A DNA stretch of 64,000 bases from an uncultured Holophagales bacterium (GTDB lineage: Bacteria; Acidobacteriota; Thermoanaerobaculia; Multivoradales; UBA5704), in the NCBI GenBank assembly GCA_963842525.1, contig CAWJGT010000034.1, positions 729,294-793,293 on the forward strand, written 5' to 3'. Below the pieces are notes generated by a model, which saw nothing but the letters and a program-made list of their open reading frames with translations, searched no databases and was not told the DNA's origin. Shown here piece after piece: positions 29,596-41,367 of this stretch (within the stretch, counting starts at the first letter, position 1; each line of letters begins with the position of its first letter). The position numbers and the translations under genes were made by a program.

Positions 29596-30582
29596 ATGGC
29601 ATGGGCCGGGACCAAGGTCTTCGTCACGGGGGTCGACGGCTTCGTGGGCGCCAACCTCGCGCGCACCCTTCTGCACCAGGGCGCCGAGGTCAGCGGCCTC
29701 GTCCACCAGCCTCCCCAGGAGGGCTGCTCGGGCCTGCTGACCTGGGGGATCGCCGGCGCGGTCCACACATGGGTGGGCGACGTCGCCGACGAGGAGCGGC
29801 TCGGCGCGATCCTGGCGCAGGCCCGGCCGCAATGGATCTTTCACCTCGCCGCCCAGGCGACGATCTCCAAAGCGCAGGACCGCGCGTTCGAGACACTGCA
29901 GACCAACGTGGCGGGGACCTGGAACGTGGTCCACCTTGCCGCACGACTGCCCGCTCTCGAGGGGATCGTAGTCGCCTCAAGCGACAAGGCCTACGGTTCG
30001 AGCCCCGAGCTCCCCTACCGGGAGGAGATGCCCCTGCGCGGCGGATCTGTCTACGACAGCTCCAAGGCTTCCGCCGACCTGATCGCTCGCACGCTGGCCC
30101 AGCGCTTCAACCTCCCGCTGGCCGTCACGCGTTGCGCCAACATCTACGGGCCGGGCGACCTCAACTTCACCCGGATCGTGCCGGATACGATCGCGGCGCT
30201 GTGCCGGGGCGATCGCCCGCAGATCCGGGGCAATGGGCTGCACGAGAGGGACCTGATCTATATCGACGACGTCGTGATGGCCTACCTGACTCTGGCGGCG
30301 CGTGTCCGTGCGCTGCGGATATGCGGCGAAGCGTTCAATTTCGGCTGCGGAGAGGCCGTCCGCGTGATCGATCTCGTCCATCGCATCGTCGACCTGTCGG
30401 GCGCCGGGATCGAGCCCGTCGTCCTCGGAGCGGACACGCCTGTCGAGATCTCTCGCCAGCGGGTCGACGCCGCGAAGGCGCGGCGCCTCCTGGGCTGGTC
30501 TCCGGCGGTGCCCTTGGACGAGGGATTGCGGACCACGATCCACTGGTACCGAGAGCTCTTTCGACGGGAGGACGGTCGATGA
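29596..30582 (+). CDS. NDP-sugar dehydratase/epimerase (extended SDR)
   Basis: GVDGFVG, FHLAAQA, SSDKAYG, YDSSK, NIYGPGD. Confidence 0.92.
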   Translation: MAWAGTKVFVTGVDGFVGANLARTLLHQGAEVSGLVHQPPQEGCSGLLTWGIAGAVHTWVGDVADEERLGAILAQARPQWIFHLAAQATISKAQDRAFETLQTNVAGTWNVVHLAARLPALEGIVVASSDKAYGSSPELPYREEMPLRGGSVYDSSKASADLIARTLAQRFNLPLAVTRCANIYGPGDLNFTRIVPDTIAALCRGDRPQIRGNGLHERDLIYIDDVVMAYLTLAARVRALRICGEAFNFGCGEAVRVIDLVHRIVDLSGAGIEPVVLGADTPVEISRQRVDAAKARRLLGWSPAVPLDEGLRTTIHWYRELFRREDGR

Positions 30583-32721
30583 TCCCCAGCGAGCGGCAAA
30601 CGACCCCTTGGCGAAAGCACGATGGCAGGCTGTATCGTTGGATCGACGCCTTCGTCCTATGCCTCGGACTCGGCATCTGCATCCTGATCTGCAGGGCAGC
30701 GTTCGGGAACACGCCGGCAGCGGTCATCTGGACGGCCCTGATCTGCTTCTATTTCATTTTCTATAGCAGGATCATCCAGATTATTTATTGGTCGTGGGAC
30801 ACCTTGCGCTATCTGCGGAGATCCTGGGCCCCGCCCGGCACATCTCCCGCCACCGGCGCGGACGAGGAGCAGCTCCCAGTCTTCCACATCCTCGTCGCGG
30901 CCTATGAGTCCGCCGAGAGCATCGGCCCGGTGATCAGGGCCATCGCGAACCAGGGCTATCCGGCGAGCCGGCTGCATGCCTGGTTCATCTGCGAGCACTC
31001 CGAGAAGTTGAAGAAAGAAGAACAGGCGCGGCAGCTCGCCGGTAATGCAACGAGGCCCCTCCCGCCGGACGCCGCCGTGCCGGGAACGCTCTTGCGCTTC
31101 TACTGGCGGTGCGCCGGCGAAGGCCTCGGGTCGCTCGATTCATATCTGCACGAGGTGACCCGGGGCAGGCTGTGCGGTTATCTGAACGACCCGGAGGTCT
31201 GGCCCCTGGCTTTGGAGGATCTCTTGCTGTGGTTTCTCCGCACCCCGGGTCGCAAGCCCGGGATGCTCGCCACCCTGGCTCGTTCGCAGAGCCAGCAGCT
31301 AGGGATCGAGCGCGAGGCGGACCGCATCGAGCAGACGGTCGACCGGATCGTAGAGGATTTCACCCGCCTCCTCGGCTCGCCCGACGTCTACCGGCGATCC
31401 GACCTGGAACTGGAACTCGTCCGCGCCGCGATCCGGAAGCGACCATTGCGCAGGTTAGCCCGGGAGCTGTTCGCCCCGCTGGCGGCAGCCGGTATGGAAG
31501 TCTGCATCCCGGACCTTGCGGTGATCGAGCGGACCGCCCGGCGCCTGACGCCCTCGACCCAGGAGGTGGTCCAGCAGGCGATCGAACGGCTGCCGAGCGG
31601 TAACCTCCACCTGCTCGATCCCCACAACCGGGGCTTCAAGCCGGGCGCCCTCAACGCGGCCTACCGCGAGATCAAAAAGGCAGGCCTGCTGGCAAATCCC
31701 GGGGATGTCTATTTCCTGATCATCGATTCGGATTCCCTCCTCCCGGCGAACGCGCTACGGGCTGCCGCCGCGGAGGTACTCCGCAACGGCCAAGAGCGCT
31801 CGATCCTACAGATGGCCTCGATACCCACCGCCAATTTCTTCGCCGAGGGCTGGTTCTCGAAGTTCATTGCCTTCGCCGATGCCATTGGGGCGGTCGGCAA
31901 ATGGTCGCGCAGCACACGGCGGCAGCTCAAGCCCGACCTGCACGCCGGCTCGGGCGTGGTCGTCCCCGCCACGCTGACCGAGATCGTCGAGCGGATTGCG
32001 GGCAGGCCCTGGGACGAGTCGACCCTGACCGAGGACGCGCGTCTCATCATCGGCCAGTTCGGCCTCATGAACGGCGCCCGCAACAAGACCGGGATGGTCC
32101 CGGTCTATCTCCTCGAGGCGGTACCGAACCAGCCGGGAGCTCCTGGCGACCTACAGATCGTTCTGGAACCAGAGAAAGCGTTGGACGACCGGGGGATACG
32201 ACGAGTTCCTTAATCTGCTGTTCCCTCCCTCCTCCCTTCTCTACACCCGCTTCGATCCCGACGCCGGCCGCTGGGGAACCTTCATGCCGGAGCGCCGCGA
32301 GCGGGCCACTGCAAGGGTCCGGCAGATCTCTCGTCTCTTGCACTGGAGTCTGGACCACTTCTGGTGGGGTATAGGCGGCTTCATCGTGATGACGCACTGG
32401 TGGATCATTTCCCTGACCGTCACCGCACCGGGCGGGCTGATCCCCGCGATCGGCATGGCCACCCTGGTGTTGACCCCGCTCGTCTGCCTCTCGACGTCGG
32501 CGTCGCAACTGTCCTGGTTCATTCCCGGGGGGCTCTCCTTTCGCAGGCTCTGCGCCCTGTACCTCCAGGCCTTCCCGGCCATCTGGCTCTACTGCATGCC
32601 CGTTGTGGTGACGCAGTTGGCTTGCGCCCTCGGTCTCCGCCAGCGCTATATCGAATGGAAGTCGACGCAGAAGCCCCGGTATCAGGAGAGTTTCGACAAC
32701 CTTGGGGGGATTCCTCGCTGA
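30579..32721 (+). CDS. Membrane GT2 glycosyltransferase with large insertion (frameshift near 32137)
   Basis: KPGALN, IDSD, LTED, and QRKRW in the shifted frame; N- and C-terminal TMs. Confidence 0.8.
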
Positions 32722-32737
32722 GGTCTCCTTGCTCGAT

Positions 32738-33481
32738 ATGCACCTGGTGAGCCATTTCTGTTCCGCCTTGTGCGCAGGAGTAGCAGCCTCCGCCCTCCTG
32801 AGGGACCGCACCCACGGCTCTCTTTTCACCGTGCCGCTCCTCCTCGGCGCCGGCGCGGTGTTGCCCGACATCGATTCGGTGTCCGTGCTGGTGAGCCACC
32901 AGGTCTTCTACGCAAGCTCCTGGTACTCCCATCGCGGCATGGCGCACTCGCCGTTCGGGGCCCTGCTCCTGGCCGCCGCCGCAGCCACGATGGCGGGGAG
33001 CTTTCGGAAAGGCACTGCCTGGCTCGCGCCGGCCCGGCCGTGGCTCGTGCGCTTCACCTGTCTCTCTTTGGGCGCGCTCCTCCATATCGTCGAGGATCTG
33101 CCTTGCCCGCGAGACCCCTGGCAGGGATTGATGCTGCTGTTCCCCTTGTCCGATCACCGGTTCGGCGGCTGGGGCCATATCTTCTGGGTCAACGAATTCC
33201 TGATGGTCCTGTTCTCGGCCGGGGCGCTCGCGTCGGCCGGCCTCCTGCTCTTCCTGCAACGGCGGCCGAAGCCACGGAGGGCCGGCCCCATCACGGGGCT
33301 CCTGGTCGGTCTGGACGCAGCGGTCCTGGCGTTGGCCCTCGTCTTCGTGACGGTCTCCAGGTATGAGTCGCCGGAGCAGTGGCAGCGTCATCAGGAACGG
33401 CTCATGGGTCCGGCCCTGTACCGGGCCGCCAAGTCTCTCAACCAAGCGGTCGAGCCGATCTGGTCGCGGGAGCTGCTGTGA
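32738..33481 (+). CDS. YdjM-like membrane metal-dependent hydrolase
   Basis: SH, LPDID, HRGMAHS, HIVED motifs. Confidence 0.85.
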   Translation: MHLVSHFCSALCAGVAASALLRDRTHGSLFTVPLLLGAGAVLPDIDSVSVLVSHQVFYASSWYSHRGMAHSPFGALLLAAAAATMAGSFRKGTAWLAPARPWLVRFTCLSLGALLHIVEDLPCPRDPWQGLMLLFPLSDHRFGGWGHIFWVNEFLMVLFSAGALASAGLLLFLQRRPKPRRAGPITGLLVGLDAAVLALALVFVTVSRYESPEQWQRHQERLMGPALYRAAKSLNQAVEPIWSRELL

Positions 33482-35091
33482 CCGAGCCGCGAGAGCCGGC
33501 GCCACGCGGAGGCCTCGGGGTCCTGGCGGGATTTCTTTTCGCTCTGTGGATCGCGATTTCGATCACCTGGGTCCGGCGTCAGGGCGCGATGCAAATGCTC
33601 TGGTTTTGTGACGTCGCCCTGCTCATGACCGCTCTCGGTCTGTTCCTCCGGAGCGCGCGTCTGGTCACGGCCCAACTCGTGGCCCTCCTCCTGTTCCACG
33701 CCATATGGAGCCTCGAGCTCTGGCTGTGCCTGCTGGGAGGGTACCTGCCCCTCGGGGCAACCGCGTACATGTTCTATCCGGGGTTCAGCCTGTGGGAGAA
33801 GACTCTCTCCTTTTTCTCCCATACTTTCGTCGTACCGGCCGCTCTCTATGGAGCGTTCGTGCTCGGGGCGCCTCGCCGGGCGTGGCTCTTCCAATGGGCC
33901 CAGACCTGCGCAATTTTCGGCCTGACCTTCCTGCTCACCAATCCGGCGGAGAACATCAACTGGCTTTTCGGCATGGAGCTGCTGCGACCGGCGACCCGGG
34001 AACAATCGATCCTCTATTACTCCGCCATGGTCGTGCTTCCTCCGTTCCTCGCCTACCTACCCACCAACCGGCTGATCACCTCACTCGCACAGCGGCACGC
34101 ACCCTCCGAGGCCTGGAGGATCTCTCCCCTCCAGCTCTTGGCTGCGCTGCTCGCCGCTGTCGCGATTTCGTTCGGAGTCTCGCTGTGGATCGATCGGGAA
34201 TTCGGGTGCGACTCGCGCTCTGTCGCGACGGTAACGCCGGAGCCGTCTCCCATCGAGAAGCTCCCGACGTCCCGCATCTCCACCACGGTCGATCACATCG
34301 GGTTCGGGCCGGGATCGGCTCGGCGTGCGGTCTTGCGAACGCTCCCCTCCACCGAGCTTCCACGGCAGCCGTCCGGGCCCGAGGGGCGCTGGCGGGTGCA
34401 TATGAAGCCCCTGCTGCACGTCGTCCCGGCCGGCCTGCTGCCCGCCGTTCCCCAAGAGGTCGTGCTGGCAGGAAGACGCAGCGTTCCCGGGAGCATCGTC
34501 TATGGGGTCGTCGCCTCCGACGACGTCTATCTGCAGCCGCTCAGCGATCTGCACCGCCATCGCCGCCGGTTCGAGGTCCCGCTCCAGATCGGCGGGCGCG
34601 GTCTCTCGGAGTTCGTGGACCCGCAGACGGGCGAGCTCTATGAGCCGACGGACCAGAATGAGATCCTGGGCAATGGGACCGGCGGCGTCTATGCCGTCGG
34701 CGCCCTTGAGGTTGTCGACCGGAAGGTCGTGGCGCGCTCCCCCTTCTTCCTGGTCAAGCGACAGGGAATCCGATTTCCCGAGGACCTCTGGTTCACGCTG
34801 CGGGGGAGCCGCCGCCGACCTCTGCTCGCCCGCGCCGGCAAGCCGCGCGGATTCCGGATCGCCTTCCAATCCTCGCCGTTTCCGGACAAAGTCCCTCCCG
34901 ATGTCTACATTGCCGATTTCTTTGGCTATGACGTTCGGAACGTCAGCAACACACCGCGAGCGTTCAACGGGTTCGTAGGGCCAGATGGGTCTTCTTGTGG
35001 CGCGACGGGCTGGAGTGACCCGGAGACGCTCCGGTACTGCACCGATCTGCGGGGGACCCTCGCGATCGCCGAAGCGCGCGTGATCGACTGA
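33478..35091 (+). CDS. Hypothetical integral membrane protein with C-terminal extracytoplasmic domain
   Basis: WFCD, H, NINW motifs in about 8 TMs; GTGA overlap with the upstream gene. Confidence 0.7.
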   Translation: MTEPREPAPRGGLGVLAGFLFALWIAISITWVRRQGAMQMLWFCDVALLMTALGLFLRSARLVTAQLVALLLFHAIWSLELWLCLLGGYLPLGATAYMFYPGFSLWEKTLSFFSHTFVVPAALYGAFVLGAPRRAWLFQWAQTCAIFGLTFLLTNPAENINWLFGMELLRPATREQSILYYSAMVVLPPFLAYLPTNRLITSLAQRHAPSEAWRISPLQLLAALLAAVAISFGVSLWIDREFGCDSRSVATVTPEPSPIEKLPTSRISTTVDHIGFGPGSARRAVLRTLPSTELPRQPSGPEGRWRVHMKPLLHVVPAGLLPAVPQEVVLAGRRSVPGSIVYGVVASDDVYLQPLSDLHRHRRRFEVPLQIGGRGLSEFVDPQTGELYEPTDQNEILGNGTGGVYAVGALEVVDRKVVARSPFFLVKRQGIRFPEDLWFTLRGSRRRPLLARAGKPRGFRIAFQSSPFPDKVPPDVYIADFFGYDVRNVSNTPRAFNGFVGPDGSSCGATGWSDPETLRYCTDLRGTLAIAEARVID

Positions 35092-35097
35092 ATGGGC

Positions 35098-36369
35098 CTA
35101 CGAGAGGCTCTCCTTCTCGTTCTCCACCAACCCCTCTCCCCCCTCCACCCCCCGCACCACCTTGTCGACGATCTCCAGGGGCTCGATCTCGTCGCCTCCC
35201 GCGGCGCCCAGTTCCTGGAAGCGGCGGGCGGCGGGGAGGACGCGGCTTTCGAGCGAGCCGACGGCGCGGTTGTAGGCGTCGACGCTCTGGCCGAGCGAGC
35301 GGCCCATCTGGTCAAGGTGGGTGGCGAAGGTGCGCAGGCGCTCGTAGAGGGACTTGCCCAGATCGCTGATGGCGCGGGCGTTCTGCTCCACCTGCTCCTG
35401 CCGCCAGCCGTAGGCCACGGCCCGCAGCAGCGCGATCAGAGTGGTCGGGGTTGCCAGGATGACCCGCTGCTCCACCCCGACCTCGATGAGCGACGGGTCC
35501 TGCTCCAGGGCGGCGCTGAAGAAGGTCTCTCCAGGGAGGAAGAGCACGACGAACTCCGGGGCCGGCTCGAACTGGCTCCAGTAGCTCTTCATGGCCAGTT
35601 TCTGGAGATGGACCCGGATCTGCCGGGCGTGCTCGCGGAGCCGGGCTCGGCGTCCTTCGTCATCCGGCATATCAAGCGCGTCGAGATAGGCATCGAGCGG
35701 CGCCTTGGCGTCGATCACCACGTGCTTGCGGTTGGGCAGACGCACCACGAGATCGGGCCGCAGCCGGCCGTCGCCCGTGTCCACCGTGGCCTGGGTCGCG
35801 AAGTCGCAATAGGCCACCATCCCGGCCATCTCGACCACGCGCTGGAGCTGGATTTCCCCCCAGCGTCCGCGCGCCGCCGGGTTGCGCAAGGCGCCCACCA
35901 GCCGGACGGTCTCGCGTTCGAGCCTCGACTGCGCCTCGGCCAGGCCCTGGAGGTGCGCGGTGAGGCCGCTGTAGGCCACGGCCCGCGCGGTCTCGATCTC
36001 CTGGATCTTCCGGTCCATCTTCTGGAGCGACTCGGCGAGCGGCCGGACCACCTCGCCGATCGCCTGCTGGCGCAGGTCCAGGTCGCCCCGGGCCGTCTCC
36101 TGGAACCTTTCCAGCGTCGCCTTCGCCAGGTGCAGGAACGAGGCGTTGTTGCCCTGGAGGGCCTCGGAGGACAGCGCCTTGAAGGTGTCCCCGAGCCGCG
36201 CCTGTGCCTGGTCGAGGAGCCGCAGCTTCTCCGCCGCGGCCTGCCGCTCCTTCGCCAGCTCGGTCTCCAGTCGGGCGATCTCGGCCCGGGCGAAAAGCCA
36301 CGCCCCGGCCGCACCCAGGCCGAAGCCGAGGACGGCCAGAACAAGTGCGGTGAAGGAAAGCTCCATCAC
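35098..36369 (-). CDS. rmuC: DNA recombination protein RmuC
   Basis: [40 protein letters not shown]. Confidence 0.95.
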   Translation of the reverse strand: MMELSFTALVLAVLGFGLGAAGAWLFARAEIARLETELAKERQAAAEKLRLLDQAQARLGDTFKALSSEALQGNNASFLHLAKATLERFQETARGDLDLRQQAIGEVVRPLAESLQKMDRKIQEIETARAVAYSGLTAHLQGLAEAQSRLERETVRLVGALRNPAARGRWGEIQLQRVVEMAGMVAYCDFATQATVDTGDGRLRPDLVVRLPNRKHVVIDAKAPLDAYLDALDMPDDEGRRARLREHARQIRVHLQKLAMKSYWSQFEPAPEFVVLFLPGETFFSAALEQDPSLIEVGVEQRVILATPTTLIALLRAVAYGWRQEQVEQNARAISDLGKSLYERLRTFATHLDQMGRSLGQSVDAYNRAVGSLESRVLPAARRFQELGAAGGDEIEPLEIVDKVVRGVEGGEGLVENEKESLS

Positions 36370-36410
36370 CGGACAGGATAGCGGAAACGGGGCGAAATGG
36401 GGGTGAGGAC

Positions 36411-37602
36411 CTACCCCTGCAACAGCGAACGCGCGATCACCAGCCGCTGCATCTCGCTGGTGCCTTCATAGATCGTGGTGACGCGCACGTCGCGGTAGAG
36501 GCGGGAGATCTCGTAGTCGGCATGGAAGCCGTTGCCGCCGTGGATCTGCAGGCTCTCGGCACAGGCGCGGTTGGCGGCTTCCGAGGCGTAGAGCTTGGCC
36601 TGCGCGGCGAAACGCCCGGCGTGCGGCGTGTGGTCGAGGGCGGCGGCTCCGTGCGTCAGAGTGCGCGCCGCGGCAAGCTCGGTCGCCATCTGGGCGATCT
36701 TGAACTGGATCGCCTGGTGCTGCGCGATGGGCACCCCGAACTGCACCCGGTCCCTGGCGTACTCGATGGCCAGCTCGAACGCCCGCCGGTGGATGCCGAC
36801 CGCCTGCGCCGCGATGCCCAGCCGTGAATGGCTCGAGTGTCGCGAAGGCGATCTTGAGCCCCTGGCCTTCCTGGCCCAGGAGGTTGCCCGCCGGCACGCG
36901 GCAGCCGTTGAAGTAGATGTGGGCCGTGCGCGAGGCGTTGAGCCCCATCTTCTCCTCGGGCTGCCCCACCGAGAAGCCGGGCGCATCGGACGACACCACG
37001 AAGGCCGAGAGGCCGCGCTTGCCGGCTTGCGGGTCCGTGCGGGCCACCACTACGTAATAGCGCGCATACCCGGCGTTCGTGATCCAGGCCTTCTCGCCGT
37101 CGAGCACCCAGAAGTCGCCGTCGCGCCGCGCGGTGGTGCGCAGGCTCGCGGCGTCGCTCCCGGAGCTGGGCTCGGTCAGGCCGAAGCCGCCGAGGGCCTC
37201 GCCCGTGGCCAGCGGCGGCAGGACCCGGCGCTTGAGGTCCTCGCTGCCGAACTGCACGATCGGCCAGGAGCAGACCGAGTTGGTGACGCTCATGGTCACC
37301 GACGTGGCCGGGCACACGCACGCGATCTCCTCCATCGCGAGCAGATAGGTCAGCGTGTCGAGGCCGGGGCCGCCGTACTCTTCAGGGATTATCATGCCGA
37401 GCAGGCCCATCTCCCCCATCTCGCGCAGGACCTCCTCGGGGAACCGGTGCTCGCGGTCGCGTTCCGCCACGCCGGGGCGGATGCGCTCCTCGGCGAAACG
37501 CCGCACCTCCTGGCGCATCAGCTCCTGGTCCTCGGTCAGCGAGAAGTCGATCCCGGAGGCGCTCGCGGCGCCTACGGCGCTTTCAGCAAGGATGGCGACC
37601 AT
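36411..37602 (-). CDS. Acyl-CoA dehydrogenase (frameshift near 36833)
   Basis: [37 protein letters not shown]. Confidence 0.9.
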
Positions 37603-37614
37603 GGCGGCTCCGCA

Positions 37615-38769
37615 TCAGGCCTTGTTGAGGACCCAGTCGGCGATGACCATCTTGTGGACCTCGCTGGTGCCCTCGTAGATCTCGGTGATGCGCGCGTCGC
37701 GGAAGTAGCGCTCCACGTTGTACTCGCGGGTGTAGCCATAGCCGCCATGGATCTGGAGCGCCTTGTTGGTCACCCGCTGCGCCGCCTCGGCGGCGAACAG
37801 CTTGGCCTGCGCGGCTTCCAGGGTGTAGCGCTTCTGGTTCTCCTTGGCCCAGGCCGCCTTCCAGGTGAGCAGGCGCGAGGCGTCGATCTCGGTCGCCATG
37901 TCGGCCAGGTAGAACTGGATGGCCTGGAACTCGGCGATGGGCTTGCCGAACTGGTGCCGCTGCTCCGCGTAGACGAGCGCCTCCTCGAAGGCCCCCTGGG
38001 CGATCCCGACGGCCTGGGCGGCGATGCCGACACGCCCGCCGTCCAGCGTCGTCATGGCGACCTTGAAGCCCTCGCCCTCCTCGCCCAGCCGCCAGCGGGC
38101 CGGGATCCGCATGTCCTGGAACGACAGCTCGGTGGTGCCCGAGGCGTTGACCCCCAGCTTGTGCTCATGGGTGCCATGGGCATAGCCCGGGGTGTTCGTC
38201 GGGACGATGAAGCAGGTGATCCCGCGGTGCTTCTTCTCCAGGTCGACGCTGGCGAAGACGATGGCGACGTCGGCGTCGGTCCCGTTGGTGATGAAGACCT
38301 TGTTGCCGTTCAGGATGTAGTCGTCCCCGTCGCGAACATCGCGGCGCGCCGTGGTGCGCAGGGCGGCGGGGTCGCTGCCCGCGCCCGGCTCGGTCAGGGC
38401 GAAACAGCCGAGCTTCTGGCCGCTCGCCAGGGGGGTCAGGAACTCCCGCTTCTGCTCCTCCGTGCCGTACTTGAGCAACGGATCGCAGACCAGCGAGTTG
38501 TTGACCGACAGGATTACGCCCGAGGAGGCGCAGACGCGGCTGATCTCCTCGATGACCAGGCAGTAGGAGACCGTGTCCATCCCGGCGCCGCCGTACTCTT
38601 CGGGGACGGAGACCCCGGCTAGGCCGATCTCGCCGGCCTGGTCGTAGAACGAGCGCGGGAACTCGCCCGTCTCGTCGATTTCCTTGGCCCGCGGCTTGAC
38701 CACCTCTTCGGCAAACCGGCGGATGTTCTCACGCAACAGCTTCTGCTCTTCGCTGAGCTCGATCTTCAT
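37615..38769 (-). CDS. Acyl-CoA dehydrogenase
   Basis: ALTEPGAGSD, QIHGGYGY, EIYEGTSE. Confidence 0.95.
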   Translation of the reverse strand: MKIELSEEQKLLRENIRRFAEEVVKPRAKEIDETGEFPRSFYDQAGEIGLAGVSVPEEYGGAGMDTVSYCLVIEEISRVCASSGVILSVNNSLVCDPLLKYGTEEQKREFLTPLASGQKLGCFALTEPGAGSDPAALRTTARRDVRDGDDYILNGNKVFITNGTDADVAIVFASVDLEKKHRGITCFIVPTNTPGYAHGTHEHKLGVNASGTTELSFQDMRIPARWRLGEEGEGFKVAMTTLDGGRVGIAAQAVGIAQGAFEEALVYAEQRHQFGKPIAEFQAIQFYLADMATEIDASRLLTWKAAWAKENQKRYTLEAAQAKLFAAEAAQRVTNKALQIHGGYGYTREYNVERYFRDARITEIYEGTSEVHKMVIADWVLNKA

Positions 38770-38821
38770 GGTGGCAGGGATCGTAGCAACGGGGGTCGGA
38801 GGGGGTCAAGGAAGGGGGGTC

Positions 38822-38854
38822 CGGGCGGGTCACCGGAGCTCCGGGACCCGCCCG
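38822..38854 (-). terminator. Hairpin downstream of the DUF2188 gene
   Basis: CGGGCGGGTC(A)CCGGA-GC-TCCGG-GACCCGCCCG. Confidence 0.5.
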
Positions 38855-38872
38855 AGGATCACAGCAAATCAG

Positions 38873-39124
38873 CTAGCCCGGGTACTCGGGTGGATCCTCC
38901 CCGTAGGTCGACTCGTACTCCATGTTGCCGTCCTTCTTGTGGACCTTGATCTGGCCAAGCTCTGCCTGCTGGGCCAGCTTCCGGGCCTCTTCGAGGGCCT
39001 CCTCCTTGGTGTCGTGCTCTGTACGGTACGGCGCGTTCTCCTGCGAGACGACCCACCTCTCGCCCGACGCGTTGGGAACCACGTGATAGACGACCCTCCC
39101 GTTTGCCTTGCTTGCTGTAGGCAT
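38873..39124 (-). CDS. DUF2188 family protein
   Basis: YHVVP..W.V, TKEEALEEARKLA, VHKKDG, TYGEDP. Confidence 0.85.
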   Translation of the reverse strand: MPTASKANGRVVYHVVPNASGERWVVSQENAPYRTEHDTKEEALEEARKLAQQAELGQIKVHKKDGNMEYESTYGEDPPEYPG

Positions 39125-39219
39125 GGCTCTCACCTCCTTCGTTGACACTACAGAAGCAATGGCTATGCCAGCATCCCTGTTCCCAGGCGGCCCCCGCTCG
39201 TGACAGAATTCCAGGCGCG

Positions 39220-39462
39220 ATGAAGACCAACGAGCCGTTCTCCTTCACCGAGACCGAGATCCGCAGCTTTCTGCCCACGGGCTGGAGCTTGATCGGGGAC
39301 GGCCCCGGCACCTGGGACCCGAAGAAGAAGGTCTGGCGCTTCCGGGTGATCGACGGCGTCGACTTCGACTGGCCGGTCGAGGTCAAGGCCAGCGAGGGCG
39401 ACAACCGCCTGGAAGCCCTCCGCCGCGCCATGGACCGCGTCTACCGCGAACGGCTGGGCTGA
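39220..39462 (+). CDS. Small hypothetical protein (80 aa)
   Basis: High GC3 codon pattern; SFTETEIRSFLPTGW. Confidence 0.65.
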   Translation: MKTNEPFSFTETEIRSFLPTGWSLIGDGPGTWDPKKKVWRFRVIDGVDFDWPVEVKASEGDNRLEALRRAMDRVYRERLG

Positions 39463-39790
39463 GCGCCTCGGCCTCTTCTTCGGCGTCGATCCGCCAAGAT
39501 CGCATGCCTTCCATTTCCGAAGGCTTCCAAAAACTTCTGGAAGGCTCCGGAAGAGTTCTGAAGCCTTCAAACAAAAGAACCAGCCGAAAATTGCCGCCGA
39601 GATAGCAGCCCCGGCCATGGGCGAAGGTTTACCGCGGCTCGTCCCGGCCTCGCTCACCTCGCAAGCCTGGCGGAGTCGTCTCATGCTACTTCGGAGCGAC
39701 CCGAAGAGTGCGCGCATCCGCATAGTGAGCGATGTTCATTTGACATTTACCCCGGCCGCCCCGAGAGTAGGGTCGAGCGAGGTTGACAAG

Positions 39791-41341
39791 ATGGCGACAC
39801 GGAAACGTCCGCGCATGAAGAAGCCCGAAGCGGAGAAGAACGAGCGCCGCGAAGAGCTGCGCAGGGACATGATGCGGTCGATCGTCACCGAGCCGCTGCT
39901 GACTCAAGTCAAGAAGAGCCCCAAGACCAGGAAGTACGAGGTCATCATCGCGTTGAACGAGCTCTACGAAGGAGGTATAGGCGAGGCCTACCAGAAGGTC
40001 GAGCAGCGGGCGAAGGAATGGGACGTCAAGTACGCGATGGTGTCGCATTACTGCTTCGCCTGCCTTACCGGCAAACAGATCCTGACCCTCGCCGAAGAGG
40101 CGCACGACCTCATCGAGGAGCATGGCCGGCGCTGGAGCGTGGTCTACCGGATCTGGGAAGACAACGACATCTCCGTGTCCCTGACCCGCTCGCTGACGAC
40201 CGTCAAGGCGGACGCCGCACAGCGGGCTTTCATGGCGCTTGGGGAATCCATCGTCTGGGCCGTGCTGGATTCGGGGATCGCGGGCGATCACCCGCATTTC
40301 AAAGCTTCCAAGTCACCCTTCGGTCCCATCGACACGCTCAAGGTCGCCGATCCGCTGACCCATACGGATTTTACGCCGTTGCAGAACGGAGCACTGGTCG
40401 ACGGTTTCGGGCACGGAACCCACGTCGCCGGAATCATCGCAGGCTATTGGAATTCGGCGGAGGAGGAAGGTGCTCCTGTCGTCGGCACCGAAATGCGGAA
40501 CGAAGCCAGCGACGAGCCGATCCGCCAGCGGGAAAAGCTCCGCTCGGTCTCCGGTGTCGCGCCACGCTGCTCCCTGGTGAGCATGAAGGTCATCGCCGAC
40601 CAGACGGTGAGCGGCGCGACGAAGCAGACCGCCGGGCAGGGCAAGGTGAGCTGGGTGCTTCTGGCGATCGACCAGATCCAGAAGTGGAACCAGAACGGGA
40701 AACGCCTGCTCGTCCATGGCGTCAATATGAGCCTCGGCTACGATTTCGATCCGCGCTGGTTCGGCTGCGGCCAGAGCCCGCTGTGCGTCGAGGTCAACCG
40801 GCTGGTGAAGAGCGGCGTGTCGGTGGTCGTCTCGGCCGGCAATGCCGGCTATTCGTCGGTCATTACCGCGGCCGGAAAAGCGGAAGCCCGGTACAACGAC
40901 CTGAGCATCTCGGATCCGGGCAACGCCGATCTCGCGATCACCGTCGGCTCGACGCACCGCGAAATGCCGCACCTCTACGGCGTCTCGTATTTCTCGTCGC
41001 GCGGCCCCACCGGTGACGGCCGCATGAAGCCGGACCTCGTCGCGCCCGGCGAGCGCATCATCTCCTGCGCGGCAGGAATCGAGGCCCAAAAGTACGGCAC
41101 ACTACAGGACGCCGGCGGGAACGCGATCCCGGTGCTGTATTGCGAGCAGACCGGCACGAGCATGGCCGCACCCCATGTGTCGGGCTCGATCGCCGCGTTC
41201 CTTTCCGTCCGGCGCGAGTTCATCGGCCAGCCGGAACGTGTCAAGGAAGTCTTCCTCGCGAACACCATCGACTTGCGTCGCGAACGCAAATTTCAAGGGG
41301 CGGGCCTTCTGGACGTCATGAAGGCGCTCCAGGCCGTCTAA
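39791..41341 (+). CDS. S8 subtilisin-like serine peptidase, no signal peptide
   Basis: AVLDSG, HGTHVAGII, SAGN, GTSMAAPHV. Confidence 0.95.
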   Translation: MATRKRPRMKKPEAEKNERREELRRDMMRSIVTEPLLTQVKKSPKTRKYEVIIALNELYEGGIGEAYQKVEQRAKEWDVKYAMVSHYCFACLTGKQILTLAEEAHDLIEEHGRRWSVVYRIWEDNDISVSLTRSLTTVKADAAQRAFMALGESIVWAVLDSGIAGDHPHFKASKSPFGPIDTLKVADPLTHTDFTPLQNGALVDGFGHGTHVAGIIAGYWNSAEEEGAPVVGTEMRNEASDEPIRQREKLRSVSGVAPRCSLVSMKVIADQTVSGATKQTAGQGKVSWVLLAIDQIQKWNQNGKRLLVHGVNMSLGYDFDPRWFGCGQSPLCVEVNRLVKSGVSVVVSAGNAGYSSVITAAGKAEARYNDLSISDPGNADLAITVGSTHREMPHLYGVSYFSSRGPTGDGRMKPDLVAPGERIISCAAGIEAQKYGTLQDAGGNAIPVLYCEQTGTSMAAPHVSGSIAAFLSVRREFIGQPERVKEVFLANTIDLRRERKFQGAGLLDVMKALQAV

Positions 41342-41367
41342 CTTGCAGAAAGGCAGGAGTAGTCGCC

